The position numbers were made by a program, and so were the translations under genes. Positions 7,985-17,900 of a DNA stretch of 32,000 bases are shown here, in pieces. This DNA comes from a cyanobacterium endosymbiont of Epithemia turgida isolate EtSB Lake Yunoko (GTDB lineage: Bacteria; Cyanobacteriota; Cyanobacteriia; Cyanobacteriales; Microcystaceae): positions 1,320,001-1,352,000 of the forward strand of contig NZ_AP012549.1 of NCBI RefSeq assembly GCF_000829235.1, read 5' to 3'. Below the pieces are notes generated by a model. That model saw nothing but the letters and a program-made list of their open reading frames with translations, was not told the origin of the DNA and did not search any database. How positions within the stretch are numbered: the first letter of the stretch is position 1; the number at the start of each line of letters is the position of its first letter.

Positions 7985-10111
7985 ATGAAAATCTGGAAGT
8001 TGTATCATACAGTAACTACATTTTTGCAACCATATAATACTAATTTATTAATTCTCTCTCTTTATGGAGTGATTGCCATTGGATTGATGGGACCGATGGC
8101 TTCATCAGAAGTTATTTTTCCCTATCCTGATCCTCAGTCTCATATTGGCTATGTTCACCAAGCACGTATCGCCTTAGAAGAAGGGCAATTTCCACTTAGA
8201 GTTGCTCCTGTTGAAAATCATGGTTGGCGTTATCCAGGTTTTCAATTTTATAGTCAGTTTCCCTATCTTTTCGGTGCATTACTCTATAAATTTATTACCC
8301 CATCAAACCCATATGATGCCTATAAATTGGTTATCTGGACATCATCTTTAGTAGGAGCTTTTTATATCTATCGTCTTAGCCTCTGGTTGATTGACTCTCA
8401 AACAGGAGCAATTTTGGCAGGGATATCTTACATATCAGCTCCCTATTTTCTTAATAATATTCATGCCAGAGGAGCCTTTACCGAAGCGATCGCCCAAGGA
8501 ATTTTACCCGTTGTTCTTTATTACACTATTCAATGTTACGCAACAGGAAAAAGGCGTTATCTCCTTATGAGTAGCTTGAGTTGGTTTTTATTAGCAACTA
8601 CCCATATTATTACTTTTATTTATACCACCTTAGCGATAGGGATATTGAGTTTTATCGTTTTTCTTAAAACTCGTAAAACAGGGTTTCAATGGTCCCAACT
8701 ACTACCTCCTGTAATTGCCTATGGACTGGGGTTATTATTAGCCTTCTATTTTCTTGTTCCCGTAGTCTTAATGTCAAGTAACCTAGCTGTCGGCAAGCAA
8801 GTGGGAGGTTCTAACCCTTTTGATAGTCGTTGGTATACACCCCTATCTACGCTAATTTCCCCTACTTCTTTACCCCCTGCACCTTCAGAAACCGGGTTTG
8901 CTCCCACCTATGGATTACATCCTGCCGTAGGTTGGATTTTTCTGGCTGCTTGGGGAGTGGTAATTTACTATCACTGCTCTTCCCGTCGAGTCCCTTATAA
9001 ATTACAGTCAACTCAACCCTATCTTATTGGGTCACTATGGGTCTTTTTAATTGCCTTTTTTGCCACTTGGAGTCCCATCGACTTCTGGAGGTTACTACCC
9101 CGTCAATTGTGGGTAACTCAATTTACCTTCCGTATTTTGACCCATGTTATGTGGTCTGGGGCATTATTAACAGGTTACGCAGTTGTATTGATATTTCGCC
9201 AACGGCTAGACCGTCGCCATTTAGTCATCGGTATTTTAGTTATTCTTATTGCCAATCGTCCTTGGCTTCCTATTCCTCGCAGTACAGCAACAGTTGCAGA
9301 CTTAATCAAAGAACCTTTATTTCGATATTCTGGCGCACTTGATTATTTATATCGCGCCCCTATTACTACATTGTACGGAGGAGCAGAATTACGTTTACTT
9401 CCCGTAGACTGGCTTCCTGGGTATGCTACTTGGGATGTTTTTGTTAATAGTCCCTTATTATTAGGAGCAGAATTTCGTTACCCTCTATGGCAAGATAATG
9501 AAAAGCCAATTCTCCACCTTCAAGGAAAAGTTAATATCGATAATATTAAGGATACAGCCTCGCTTGAGATCCAGTCTGATGGCAGACCGTTTGATGAAAT
9601 TCCCTTAACCTCCCGCGCGTTAAATTGGGCAATTCCCGTTTACAAGGCTCCTATTTTTGGGAAAGATCTTGGGCTTAAATTTGTATTTAAAGGGTCAACC
9701 AATGATGGTCAAATGTTAAAAATTCAGGTCAACCAACTCTCTTTTGAAGGAATGTCTCCAGCGCGTATGGTCATTCCCGTTTTTGTTACCCAAAATAGTT
9801 GTTTCCAAAAAGGAATAAGTACCTTGTGTGAGATTACTCTTAACCAAGATGCTCAGATTGTTCAACTTCCTGTTTTATATTATCCTCACATGCTAAAAGT
9901 ATGGGTAGATAACCAGCTAATACAGTATTTCCCAGTGAATCATAGGGATCATAATTTAGTAGGATTAAATTTAAAACCAGGAACCCATAAAATTCGTGTA
10001 ACTTTTCATGGTCTAGCTTGGACTAATTGGATTAGTGGTTTAGCTTGGTTAGGTTTTGTTTTAACAAGTATAACTCTTTTTATCGAAAAGAAACTCAAAA
10101 TAAGCTCCTAG
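7985..10111 (+). CDS. YfhO / PTPS-related-like polytopic membrane protein (putative GT-C glycosyltransferase), copy 2
   Basis: 708 aa and colinear with 5012..7219. One ~106-aa N-terminal block (IAIGLMGPMAS...IYRLS.WL) is about 63% identical by hand count. The C-terminal tail IVQLPVLYYPHMLKVWVDNQLIQYFPVNHRDHNLVGLNLKPGTHKIRVTF and the final TM helix are conserved. Confidence 0.75.
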   Translation: MKIWKLYHTVTTFLQPYNTNLLILSLYGVIAIGLMGPMASSEVIFPYPDPQSHIGYVHQARIALEEGQFPLRVAPVENHGWRYPGFQFYSQFPYLFGALLYKFITPSNPYDAYKLVIWTSSLVGAFYIYRLSLWLIDSQTGAILAGISYISAPYFLNNIHARGAFTEAIAQGILPVVLYYTIQCYATGKRRYLLMSSLSWFLLATTHIITFIYTTLAIGILSFIVFLKTRKTGFQWSQLLPPVIAYGLGLLLAFYFLVPVVLMSSNLAVGKQVGGSNPFDSRWYTPLSTLISPTSLPPAPSETGFAPTYGLHPAVGWIFLAAWGVVIYYHCSSRRVPYKLQSTQPYLIGSLWVFLIAFFATWSPIDFWRLLPRQLWVTQFTFRILTHVMWSGALLTGYAVVLIFRQRLDRRHLVIGILVILIANRPWLPIPRSTATVADLIKEPLFRYSGALDYLYRAPITTLYGGAELRLLPVDWLPGYATWDVFVNSPLLLGAEFRYPLWQDNEKPILHLQGKVNIDNIKDTASLEIQSDGRPFDEIPLTSRALNWAIPVYKAPIFGKDLGLKFVFKGSTNDGQMLKIQVNQLSFEGMSPARMVIPVFVTQNSCFQKGISTLCEITLNQDAQIVQLPVLYYPHMLKVWVDNQLIQYFPVNHRDHNLVGLNLKPGTHKIRVTFHGLAWTNWISGLAWLGFVLTSITLFIEKKLKISS
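8486..8493. repeat. HIP1 octamer GCGATCGC (single copy in the window)
   Basis: Literal GCGATCGC inside codons for EAIAQG. The paralogous position in copy 1 (about 5530) reads GCAATCGC. I saw only this one exact HIP1 in 32 kb. Confidence 0.8.
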
Positions 10112-10179
10112 TTTTTTTATACTAGTATGTATATCACAACCTTAAAAAATAGTTTAAATACACAACAGTTTATTGGTAA

Positions 10180-11748
10180 TCAATTCTTGATTAACTTAAC
10201 TAATCGATAATATGGTTCGCCATTAATTGTCTCAAACGTCTTAATATCTTGCCAACGATATTCATCTGTTTTTAACACATTATTATCGCGGTAATAATGC
10301 AGTAGGTAAAGACAATTATCATTTAGATTATCCTCAATTTTTGGTAAATCTCCCTGATTATAAGGCTTAAAATCTATAATTTTCCATCGTTTCATATCCA
10401 ATTTATCAGTAACAACATCAATGTCAAGCTTTTGATACTCAGCTGCTGGCATTTGTGTATAAAACGGAACTAATATATAAGCATACTTGCTCTCTATATT
10501 ATCACTAATAAGTATGCAGTCAATGTTGCTGTTATTTGCTTCAAAAATAACATCCCGAAAGGTTGGCAACCAAGCATCTGAATTTAGCTTAGGGTAATCA
10601 ACAAAATAATGTTCAGTAAAAATGGTTGAACTAGCAAAAATAACTAATAGGCTTACCCATGTTATTTTATATTTAAGCTTACCATTAAATTTATTGAGCA
10701 ATAAGAATATTCCATAGCCAGATATCATCGCAAAAAGAGGTGCACCCACACAAGTTCTAACTGCACTAGATGGACTGACTAATGCGGCTGGAATAGGGTA
10801 AAGAAACAACCATAAAATAAGTATTGGTTTATAGTTAACTTGATTTCTAATTAGTCCTGCTATACCTAAGATTAAAGTTACTATTTCAAATAAATATAAT
10901 TCCCCCATGTTATCAATAGTGTGTCTAGGAATAGGATCTCCTTTAAAGAATAAATAATCAGGACTAAAATAGGATAAATAATGACCGGCAATTTTGGGAA
11001 TATTTTCTAAGATGCCAACTTCATTAGCTCTGGCCATTCCTTGAGGTGAAAGTTGATAAATAAACTGAGGAATAAATAAAATAGCAAAAAGTATTAGAGC
11101 AAGAATTGTTTGATTTTTATGTTTTATTAAATATTCTCTATAAATGATTACTGAACCTATCATGAAGAGAGGAATAAATACTCTAGCGGAGTAAAAAGTG
11201 TAAATACTGATTGCAAATAATATACCCGATATAGGAATTAATTTAGGAGTCTCAAGACTTCTCAAAAAAATTAGTAATGTAACACAAAATAATAAGGGAA
11301 ATAAGATAGCTCTAAAAGTTATCCTACTAAAGTGAATATGCCAAGGAGAAATGGCTAAAAGTAAAGCAGAAAATAAGGCAACATGTCGAGAAAAAATTTC
11401 TTTAGTTAAATAATATAGAACTAAAACAGTCAAAGTTCCGATGACGGCTGATGTCATTCTAGCCCCAAATACATTAAGTCCAAAAACTTTAATAAAAGGG
11501 ACCATAAGATATATGTATAATCCTTCACGATAGTCATTAGCTGACTTAAAATATGCTGGTAAAAATTCCCCATATTGATCACTTAAAGTGTGAATTATAG
11601 AATAGGCATCATAAGCATTAGAAGCCTCATCTGGAAAAAATCCATTGGGAATAGTTTCCAAAAATATAACTCTCAATAGGAACCCTAAAATAACAATTCC
11701 CAAGAGATAAAAAATACTGAGACTTTCCGTATGAATATGTTTAAGCAT
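10180..11748 (-). CDS. ArnT/PMT_2-like GT-C fold glycosyltransferase (GT39/GT83-like)
   Basis: 522 aa. The N-terminal TM helix is followed by the loop FFPDEASNAYDAYSI..., then ARMTSAVIGTLTVLVLYYLTKEIFSRHVALFSALLLAISPWHIHFSR. This matches the layout of 4-amino-4-deoxy-L-arabinose transferase-like / dolichyl-phosphate-mannose-protein mannosyltransferase-like proteins. Confidence 0.8.
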   Translation of the reverse strand: MLKHIHTESLSIFYLLGIVILGFLLRVIFLETIPNGFFPDEASNAYDAYSIIHTLSDQYGEFLPAYFKSANDYREGLYIYLMVPFIKVFGLNVFGARMTSAVIGTLTVLVLYYLTKEIFSRHVALFSALLLAISPWHIHFSRITFRAILFPLLFCVTLLIFLRSLETPKLIPISGILFAISIYTFYSARVFIPLFMIGSVIIYREYLIKHKNQTILALILFAILFIPQFIYQLSPQGMARANEVGILENIPKIAGHYLSYFSPDYLFFKGDPIPRHTIDNMGELYLFEIVTLILGIAGLIRNQVNYKPILILWLFLYPIPAALVSPSSAVRTCVGAPLFAMISGYGIFLLLNKFNGKLKYKITWVSLLVIFASSTIFTEHYFVDYPKLNSDAWLPTFRDVIFEANNSNIDCILISDNIESKYAYILVPFYTQMPAAEYQKLDIDVVTDKLDMKRWKIIDFKPYNQGDLPKIEDNLNDNCLYLLHYYRDNNVLKTDEYRWQDIKTFETINGEPYYRLVKLIKN

Positions 11749-11918
11749 ATTAAGTATTAGGCTCTAAAGGAGCTACTATAGACTTATATTATAATGACCT
11801 AATTGATATTAAATCTCCATCTAACAATCTACTCATCTTTATAACTTCTCAATAAAATCCTTAAACTATAAATAGCTGCGGTTAAATAAACAGGGCTAAA
11901 TAAGACAATAAAGAGTAG

Positions 11919-13763
11919 TCATCTAACGATTCTTCTACCTTCACATTTTTCTTCTATATACTCTGGCGACATATCAAATTCCGCTTTAATTGAATAATCA
12001 GAGTCGGAGTGAAAATAAGAATTATAAAGAAAAGAATGGGGAACTTTTGCAACTAAACAAATCTGTTCTTCATGTTTAAAATTTTTTAGTAAATTTTGAT
12101 CAATAATATCAGTTCTTTGAACCTGATCATGAAATGAAGAAAACTCAGGAATTGTAAAAAAGTATCTGGTTTTAGTGATAAAAATTATCATAAAACTAGC
12201 AGCAATTAAAGCTAAGTTTTCAGGTTTAATCCATGAAATATTTGAAGAAGAACCTTCCACTAAACGACAAACAAAATAACAATTTAATGAAACAAAAACA
12301 ATCATCCAATACATATAATATCGAAGTTCATAAGACTGAGGCATGATCGATGTAAATAGGGTCATAATAACCATTAACGTCATGGCTACTTTTGAATCAG
12401 TATTATTATGTCTCCAACAAAGAAAAATGAATAATAGTATGTTGAAAACTACATATCCGCCAAAATATCCTCCCATTCCAAATCTTTCTTCATTCCAGGA
12501 AATAAAGTCCATTGCTAAAGTCCATTGCCAGGGTCTTCTTGAATCAAAAGCATTAATTTCTAGAACTGACTTTGCCCAACGGAAGGTAGGGGAAAGCTTT
12601 TTAAGATTTTCGTGCATAAAATCTGGTACTGCTTCATTATGATTAAGAACTATTCCAGCAATTTCTACTTTGACAGGATAAAATGGATTTTTATACAAAA
12701 CTAAATTTTTAATCGGTGTAGCGAAAATTATTAGACTAGCAACAAAGCTAATTAATAATAGTTTCATTAATCCTATTATTTTAGATTTTCCTTGGGGAAT
12801 ATTTTTCCAAAATTGAGTCAGGATATTAGTTAGAGTAAAACAAAGAGTTATAAAGGTAACAGGAATAAGTTGAAACTTCGTGTTGGCTGCTGCAGTAGCA
12901 GATAAAAGGATTATCAAAAAGTTCTGGATATTAAAATCAATTTTTTTTATGTATAAAAGGTAGGTCGTTAAAATAAGAATTGAGACTGAAACATTTCCAG
13001 GTAAATCAATATAACTTCTAGCTGCATGCATATGAACCATGGGAATAGCTAAAAGGGCAATTGTTCCTAAATACAAAGGAATTCTTAAATAAAAAATTAG
13101 ATAACTAATGAAAACTATCAAGCTAACATAACACAATAAATTAGTTGCCTCTGGTTTCTGGAAAATAAACCAAAAAAACCCTTGTAAAAAGTTAGCTAGT
13201 AAAGGAAATCCCAAAAAACGGTGTTCTGTATTATATTCAAAAGTGTACTGTTCTGGAGGAATAATGTGCCAAATTCTAGCTGCAAAGGGAATATGATACA
13301 TAAAAGCATCACCCCCATAATTAGCATCGAAGAAACTAATTAAAAAGATAGAGAATAGAATTAAGCTTGCAGTGAATGTCAGAAGAGTTTTAATATTAAA
13401 GTATTTTAAAACTATCAGGATTTCATTGATTGTTCGACTAATTTTATGTAATCTATTGTCTTTATTAAATATTTCATAATCCTTAATATTTTCGAGAAAA
13501 CTTAAACTAATAAAACTCAATCCCAATCCTCCTAAACAAATCCTTATTATTCTGAGAAATGAAGTGTCAAAATAATTAAAGTAGCCTATAATTCCTAAAA
13601 TTAAAGCCATAGAAATTAAACCACTTCCTCCTAAGAAACGCGGCTCATTTTTAAACTTCAATAGCCAGGGAATACTTTGATAAATAGGAAGTCCTGAATA
13701 AACTAATAGAGTCATGCTCAACAAAGCAATACCTAAAATGAGGCTTAATAATGGGACTAGCAT
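11919..13763 (-). CDS. Uncharacterised polytopic membrane protein (possible GT-C or polymerase-like). Paralogue of the partial CDS at 1..234
   Basis: 614 aa and hydrophobic throughout. The loop NYGGDAFMYHIPFAARIW is reminiscent of the acidic first-loop motifs of GT-C enzymes, but I cannot assign a family. It is embedded between GT-C and methyltransferase genes on the same strand. Confidence 0.7.
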   Translation of the reverse strand: MLVPLLSLILGIALLSMTLLVYSGLPIYQSIPWLLKFKNEPRFLGGSGLISMALILGIIGYFNYFDTSFLRIIRICLGGLGLSFISLSFLENIKDYEIFNKDNRLHKISRTINEILIVLKYFNIKTLLTFTASLILFSIFLISFFDANYGGDAFMYHIPFAARIWHIIPPEQYTFEYNTEHRFLGFPLLANFLQGFFWFIFQKPEATNLLCYVSLIVFISYLIFYLRIPLYLGTIALLAIPMVHMHAARSYIDLPGNVSVSILILTTYLLYIKKIDFNIQNFLIILLSATAAANTKFQLIPVTFITLCFTLTNILTQFWKNIPQGKSKIIGLMKLLLISFVASLIIFATPIKNLVLYKNPFYPVKVEIAGIVLNHNEAVPDFMHENLKKLSPTFRWAKSVLEINAFDSRRPWQWTLAMDFISWNEERFGMGGYFGGYVVFNILLFIFLCWRHNNTDSKVAMTLMVIMTLFTSIMPQSYELRYYMYWMIVFVSLNCYFVCRLVEGSSSNISWIKPENLALIAASFMIIFITKTRYFFTIPEFSSFHDQVQRTDIIDQNLLKNFKHEEQICLVAKVPHSFLYNSYFHSDSDYSIKAEFDMSPEYIEEKCEGRRIVR

Positions 13764-13810
13764 GATTTTAATTTTTATAGTGATTCCGAAAAAATAACTG
13801 GACTAGATAT

Positions 13811-14974
13811 TTAGATATAAAGGTTAGTAGGTTGGTTTTGAAAATTAGTAACTTTTCTGATTTTTGCTCCTTGTATCAATAGAGTTTTGTCCTTTGTTCC
13901 ATTAAGAAATTCAAAATACAAATTAACTTTTGAAGTTTCAGACAAATGAATCACCCAATCACGATAACTAGAAGCTAGTAAGTTACTATAGGCATGATAA
14001 CGAAAAATAATCTTTTCCCCTACTCTAACACCACAGGTTAGGTCATTATCTTGACCTTCAGCCACAAAATCAATATCAATTAGATAACGTCCTCTATCTA
14101 GGATCAAAGGAGCTTCGAGGTAAATTGAACCATTAGTTTTAGTCTCAAAATCCGTTGCCTTTAAAGAAGCATATTCCTCAAAGTTAAAGGGAGGATTATA
14201 AACTACGTCAGACAGCTTATCTTGATGAATATAAAGGTTATTCCTAATTCCAACTCCTTTAGGATAGTTTTGTGAACTTTCAATGATCTGATAGTTGTTT
14301 AAATCGATGGAAATATAACCAGCTTTTCTCAAAAAATTGAGACAGTTGGTATCCTCTGGTTGAGTTTCTAAAATTAAATGTGGCTTAGCTGATTTGATAG
14401 TTTCATTCATTCCTTTTACTGCATCAAATTCAGCTCCTTCAATGTCCATTTTTACCAAGTCAGGGACTAACCCGGTGTGTTCTACAAAATCATCTAAGGC
14501 AATAGTTGAAACCTGATAAGCAGCAGACTCACTTTGTTTATTTGTATAAATACTATCATTAAGATGACTACCTAAATAAATGGGAACAGTTCCATAAGAT
14601 TTACGATAAACGGCAGTATGAAAAAGTTGTACATTACTACAACCACTCAAGACGATATTACGTTGACATTTATCAACAATTCGGGGACTGGCTTCAAAGG
14701 AACAAACTACTCCTCTTGGTCCTACCATACGAGACATAACGGTGGTTAACCCCCCAAAATTGGCTCCTACATCAAATACTATATGCCCAGGACGACATAA
14801 ATCTCGTAATGCAAGTTGAACAGGGGGTTCCCAGAAGTTCTCTTTATACCAAGGAGCAACTCCATAGAGTCTAACCTCTTCTAGTTTTTGATTGACTCCT
14901 AGTTGTCGATCAATCTCTGGGGACAATGCACGACTCAAACGAACCTTTAACCAGTCTTTAAATTGATTAATCAT
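13811..14974 (-). CDS. FkbM-family SAM methyltransferase with an extra C-terminal domain of ~130 aa
   Basis: 387 aa. FkbM-type motifs are FDVGANFGGLT and KMDIEGAEFDAVKG. Residues after about 250 (YNPPFNFEEY...LYFEFLNGTKDKTLLIQGAKIRKV) have no motif I recognise. The start codon overlaps the stop of the upstream gene (TAATG, shared base 14974). Confidence 0.85.
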   Translation of the reverse strand: MINQFKDWLKVRLSRALSPEIDRQLGVNQKLEEVRLYGVAPWYKENFWEPPVQLALRDLCRPGHIVFDVGANFGGLTTVMSRMVGPRGVVCSFEASPRIVDKCQRNIVLSGCSNVQLFHTAVYRKSYGTVPIYLGSHLNDSIYTNKQSESAAYQVSTIALDDFVEHTGLVPDLVKMDIEGAEFDAVKGMNETIKSAKPHLILETQPEDTNCLNFLRKAGYISIDLNNYQIIESSQNYPKGVGIRNNLYIHQDKLSDVVYNPPFNFEEYASLKATDFETKTNGSIYLEAPLILDRGRYLIDIDFVAEGQDNDLTCGVRVGEKIIFRYHAYSNLLASSYRDWVIHLSETSKVNLYFEFLNGTKDKTLLIQGAKIRKVTNFQNQPTNLYI

Positions 14975-17900
14975 TAACTTTTTTCTACCTCAGTAAACCA
15001 AAGAAAAGCGTGTTGTTCATGACGATTATCATTGAAGATTTTATAGTTGGGTTGTAAACCAAAACTTTGTTCTGAATTCCAAGATTTGAGATGTTCTTGC
15101 TCAATTTTATGAGCAATATTTCGAGTTTGTAACATACGTCCTAGAGGAGAGAAGCGAGAAAGTTTAGACATCCAATCTAACTCTCGATATGCGTTAAGAA
15201 GAGTTTTTATTCCTGGCAAATATTTGAGAACTTGGGATTCGGGAGCAATTTCTCTCAGATATAAACTTAAGTTGTAAGCATACTCTAAATCGGTACTGGT
15301 ATGACGGCAGTAGGACTTACGATAACACAAACATAGGTAAATTAATTGCTCTATTTCCTCAGTCTTTCGATTAGCAAAAGCATAACGCACTCCCGCTAAG
15401 GTTCGATGTATATACCAGGCTCGTAAATCTTCAATTTCCGTTTGAGGGCTTTGGGTAGTTCGTTCATCAGGATAGTTCCAAAAAACTCCTAAAGTTCGGT
15501 CAATAACTTTACTTTTAATAAAGGGCAAAACTCGACTTTTAAACTCTGTATCTCCCGCTCCTTGAAATGTACCATCATAGTATCCAAATCGATCATGAAT
15601 TGAACGACGATATAATGCTCCCACCCAAGATAAATAACAGGTTTCTAAGTAGACTAAATCTTGCTTATATTGACTTCGATAATAGGGCATGATATCATTA
15701 ATCCAACTCCCTTGTTTATCAACGTTTGTGACCAAACTGTTACCAATGACCCAGTCAAGTTGAGGATTTTTATCTAATTCTTCTGCTAAGACTTCTAGAC
15801 ATTCAGGAAGAATGGTTTCATCTACTCCTAAAAAAGATAAATAAGGAGCTTTGGCAAGAGAAATTCCACGGTTCCAAGCGGTCTGAATAGTTTCTCGTTG
15901 GCGCGATTTCACATAAAGAATTGGTAAATTAAGTTTGGGAGCTAACTGTTGAAAAACTAAGTATTCATCCCCTGGGGAACCACTATCAATCAGAATAATC
16001 TCTGCACACCCTGATTTCATTAGACTTTGATGCTGCAAAGTTTTCAGGAATAAAGGAAGTTTTTCCTCCGCATTATAGAGAGAAACAATAACACTTACTC
16101 GATAACTAGACTTCTCTCGGCGATCATCGATAATTTCATAGTTCCAGTCAGGATTATTGTGTTTATTTTCGTTAAAAGCCTGCTCAATTAGAGTGTGACA
16201 TCGACTTTCTCGTTCGGCTAAATTGCCATACATTGCTTGTAGAACTTGTGCTTCACGAGTCAACCCTTTCTTTTCCAACGTTTGTAGGACAAAGGGGAGA
16301 TCTCTAAAATTATCGCCGTCTAATAAACGCATTCCCCGAACCTTATAGGTGGCAGCTACAAAGTCATTACCTCGCAATTCCTCGAGTCTAGCAATTTCTC
16401 TCCACAGACGCACCCGATCAATACGATAGCCATTCTCTAAGCGATTTTGCCAGGTTTGAACATCCGCTTCAAAAGCTGATCCTAACTTCCAACATTCTTT
16501 AACTTTATTCCTCAAATCTTTCTGTGTTAATTCTGACGCATTAAATGTATGTTTATAGCGTCTGATTAATTTGGAAGCTTTTAATACTTGAGCATTCCTT
16601 GTTTCTTCTAAAGGTTTTCTTAACTGTTCTTTAATTTCTCCAATAGTTTGTTTTAGTTGCTTATAAGCAGGTTTAATTTTGAACTTTACCTTAGATTTTA
16701 CTGCTTTAATGATTGGTATTTTAGAAAACCTAAAGCCAAGTTGATCTGACTCCCAATAATCGATAAGTTGAGAATACCACTGGTCTAATTCATTTCTGAT
16801 TTGTACATCAGCTACAGAAGATTTATTATAAATCTCTTCTAAGATGGGATCAGTTATTTCTAAATTAGTACAGAGAATTGTATCTACTAGGTTTTTACGA
16901 TATTCTTCATAGTTTTCTATTACTTGAATAATTGCTGGTAGACTCGAATAAATATCATTAATATCAATGGTTATAAAAGGAACTTTAGGAAATTGTTCTT
17001 CTAAAAAGCGACAAACCCCGGCTCTATTACCGACTACTGTTGGACAACCAGATAATAAGGATTCTAAGGCAACTAGATTAAAAGTATCATATCTGGACGG
17101 CACAAAAGTAATAGATTTACTCGCAAATAACTCTATTAATTCTCTCTGACTGACTGGAGCACTTATGTAGAGATCTTTGAGTCGATTTTCTAACATCTTT
17201 TCAAGATAATCTTGAGAAGAAATTGTGTTGTTATAGTTATAACTATGAGGACCAATAATTTGAGCACGATTATAGCTAGAACGGGGGAGCCACCATACTA
17301 AATCAATAAAAATATCAGGACCTTTTCGTTTTTCTGTTCGTCCAATAAAATTTAAGTTTGGGGCAGTTTCTGATGTTAAACATTGGGTAGGTTTAGGAAG
17401 ATTAAAAAAATGAAGGGGATTATAATAATACGATGGGAGCTCAGAAATTTCTCTCCATTCATCTAGATAACTTTTACTAATACCATAGCGAATATCTACG
17501 GTTTTATACTGCATCATTTCTTGAATATCCAAGGGTATATTATCCCGTCCAAAATCAAACCAATCTAAGCGTAAGGTTTTAGATATTTTTCCATGCATTG
17601 ATAGGGCAATACTTTTAAAATTGACTTGATAACGATTTAGGGCTGATCGCAAAAAGATTCCCCATTGTTCATAATCGGGAACGTCAATAATATCAAATTG
17701 TTGACCGACCGCAGAAATAGCAATATTACTAGCCATAACACAAGCCCGTTCAACCCATTTAGGAGGAGTTACTTCAAAGAAATTTTTAAAATCAGTAAGT
17801 AAAAATTTTTCTTGATATTTAAGAACATTAGCATTGAGTGGGCGAGAAGTGTTTAAAGGTTCTTTGTCGAGAAGATAATAAAACTCAATCTGGGGATTTT

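Noticed and set aside
12343-12642. 99-aa + strand ORF
   Set aside because: It lies entirely antisense within the 614-aa membrane-protein CDS, and the host frame is the one with a paralogue and coherent TM pattern.
16967-17149. 60-aa + strand ORF
   Set aside because: It is antisense within the GT4 module of the 1001-aa CDS and sits exactly over the conserved GT4 motif region of the host frame.
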